From NCBI GenBank assembly GCA_964016885.1, contig OZ024744.1, positions 41,540,001 through 41,604,000 of the forward strand: 64,000 nt of DNA. Reading direction: 5' to 3'. The position numbers and the translations under genes are program-made. This stretch comes from Eledone cirrhosa (Eukaryota). The notes below the pieces were generated by a model. That model had not been told where the DNA came from and did not search any database. It saw nothing but the letters and a program-made list of their open reading frames with translations. Numbering within the stretch: the first letter of the stretch is position 1; the number at the start of each line of letters is the position of its first letter. Below are positions 61,902-64,000 of this stretch, piece by piece.

Positions 61902-62401
61902 GGAGGAAGAGATTGTCAATTATATCAACCCCAATCACTTGACTAGTTCTTTATTTTATTGAGACTGGAAGGATGAAAGTTGATCTCAGCAGGATTTGAA
62001 CTTAGAATATATACTGCAAGACATTTTGTCTGATGCTCCACTGATTTTTTTTACCCTAGCAGCTCTAGTATTAATGAATTCTAATTTTGGCACAAAGCCA
62101 ACAATTTGAGGAGAATGGGAAAGTCGATTATATCAACCCCAGTAATTTGAGAGAAACTTTATTATATTGACCCCCCCCCCCCCCCACACACACACACCTA
62201 AACTCCCACCTGAAAGGATGAAAGGTTAAGCTGTCAGGGGCAAGGTTTGAACACAGAATGTAAAGTGCTTTAACGATTCTGTCAATCCACTGTCCTCACT
62301 CCAATAAAATAAGTGTTTATGTCTTTGTATTTCACAAGTATGGCTAATTACTTTTTCTGCATACATGAAGTCTGTTTTGTTTTGATTACTTGAATTCTTC
62401 C

Positions 62402-62603
62402 TATAAGAGTTGATTGAAAAATTCATAGGCTGATTATGAAGGAGTGATGCTAGAGCTGTGAAAATGTGCATGCATTAATTTCAACACTTGTTATTAATAA
62501 CTACATTATTTATTTCCGGGGATTATGTTGAAAAATAAACCCTTTTTGGTCATTCCATGAGAGTATCTTGGTCAGCCTTTACACTTTTCAGCCGACCCTT
62601 GTA
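62402..62603 (+). mobile_element. Mariner-type MITE, second copy
   Basis: Colinear with 61277-61476. Confidence 0.7.
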
Positions 62604-62874
62604 AAAGGAAGAATTTGTTTTCCTACACAGAAAAAAAACTCCAATGTTAAGAGATAGACATGAAAAAATAATATCTGTTACACAAACTTTAGAAATATCT
62701 TGCATATTTATTCTTCTTGCCACCAACTTGTTTCTTATGCTTTAGCAATGAGGACGAGCTGGAGTAACAATTCTCTAAGGATGAATTTTAGCTAAGAAAA
62801 GAATTGGAGAGGAATATTGTTTAGGAGAGGCATCGAAACTAGGAAAGAATAGTGTGTATATATATGTATATATA

Positions 62875-63128
62875 TTAATTAAAGGTTAATTAGTCACTAA
62901 TATCCAAACATCTCAATGAAAGAAATCTCTCAGAGAAGCAATATTATATATTAAAATTAAATGAGAAAAACCTCTAATTCTGGGAGTATATACAAATATA
63001 CAAGATAGATGGAAACATGTTTTCATCCATGGTAGGGAGATCTATATATAAGTGAAGCTAGATGAACACACTTTTACATCAATCTTATAAATACTCCCGT
63101 AATTAGAGATTTTTCTCATTTAATTTCA

Positions 63129-63138
<10 letters not shown>
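62875..63138 (-). mobile_element. Short fold-back element in (TA)n
   Basis: Arms at about 62941-62995 and 63084-63138 plus a unique tail on the left. Confidence 0.6.
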
Positions 63139-63178
<40 letters not shown>

Positions 63179-63269
63179 CTGCAATTAAGTATATAAAATG
63201 AAGAAATAGAAGCCAGGAATATCCGTCATCTGTGGTCTACTAGCCATCATAGGTATTTCTTTGCATTAC

Positions 63270-63675
63270 AGACCATATACCAAAAGCCGACCTTACCCAA
63301 TGACACACGACCGTGACCACTGGCGTCACACAGTAATACAGAGTACGCGACCTCCCATGGGTACAAGCTGAAGCATATAGACAATATGCCCCCACATCCC
63401 CCACCGCAAGGTGGTCATGGAGGTGCCACGGCAAAAAAGCACCCAGCCCACACTGTAAAGTGGACGTGTAGGCGCCACGAAAAAGCACCCAGCACTCACT
63501 GTAAATGAGGTTGGTGTTAGGATGGGCCTCCAGCTGTAGAAATCAAGCCAAATCAGTTCCTGTATGAGCAAGGCATGGTCAGCCAGCCAGACACTGCCCA
63601 CAACAGGACAACCCGTCTAACCCATGCTAGCGTGGAAGAACGGACGTAAAACGGTGATGATGATGATGATGATGA
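63270..63675 (+). mobile_element. RTE family C 3' end (ORF terminus, 3' UTR, (GAT)n)
   Basis: Peptide MTHDRDHWRHTV, tandem ~47-bp units, ggttggtgttagga.gggc.tccagctgtag, and aacccatgctagcgtggaagaacggacg tail. Confidence 0.8.
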
Positions 63676-63864
63676 TACCTCAAGCTAGGGCGATACAATA
63701 ACTAAAATAAGTTATTGGGATAAAAAGAGTTGGGTGGAATGGTGAGGCAACATAATATATATATATATATAGTAATAATAATAAATGTCAAGACTAAAAT
63801 GCAAAGAGAGCTCGATAAGGGTGAAAGCAGCGATTCTTTGCTTAAACTTTAATCTGTTATTTTA

Positions 63865-63959
<95 letters not shown>

Positions 63960-64000
63960 CATATATATATATACATATATATATACATATATATATATAT

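Overview
AT-rich eukaryotic (animal) genomic DNA. The repeat content suggests an octopod cephalopod: RTE LINEs with (GAT)n tails, tRNA-derived CORE-type and Meta-type SINEs, R4/Dong-like LINEs and dense (TA)n microsatellites. I can support only one host-gene exon: a 105-nt, phase 0/0 exon on the minus strand (20865-20969) encoding the propeptide of a prohormone convertase 2 (PC2/PCSK2)-like protease. The rest of the window is therefore probably its two large flanking introns. These are filled with decayed mobile elements: several RTE families (with a C4HC3 PHD finger embedded in the RT domain), R4/Dong, CR1-like and Tx1-like fragments, two DD37D (maT) Tc1/mariner copies, a non-autonomous Helitron, MITEs, an LTR fragment and a 1.5-kb pentamer satellite. 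The most striking unannotated layer is a set of about a dozen short elements sitting in (TA)n tracts. Many are fold-back (inverted-arm) elements, and several carry type I hammerhead ribozymes. Two hammerheads look catalytically intact (27650-27743 and 52070-52141) and lie on the same strand as the PC2 pre-mRNA. A third sits in the 3' UTR of a Penelope-like GIY-YIG fragment, which links the set to Penelope-like retroelements or retrozymes. Most ORFs in the supplied track are microsatellite or antisense artefacts. All calls were made by eye, and element boundaries are approximate unless stated.
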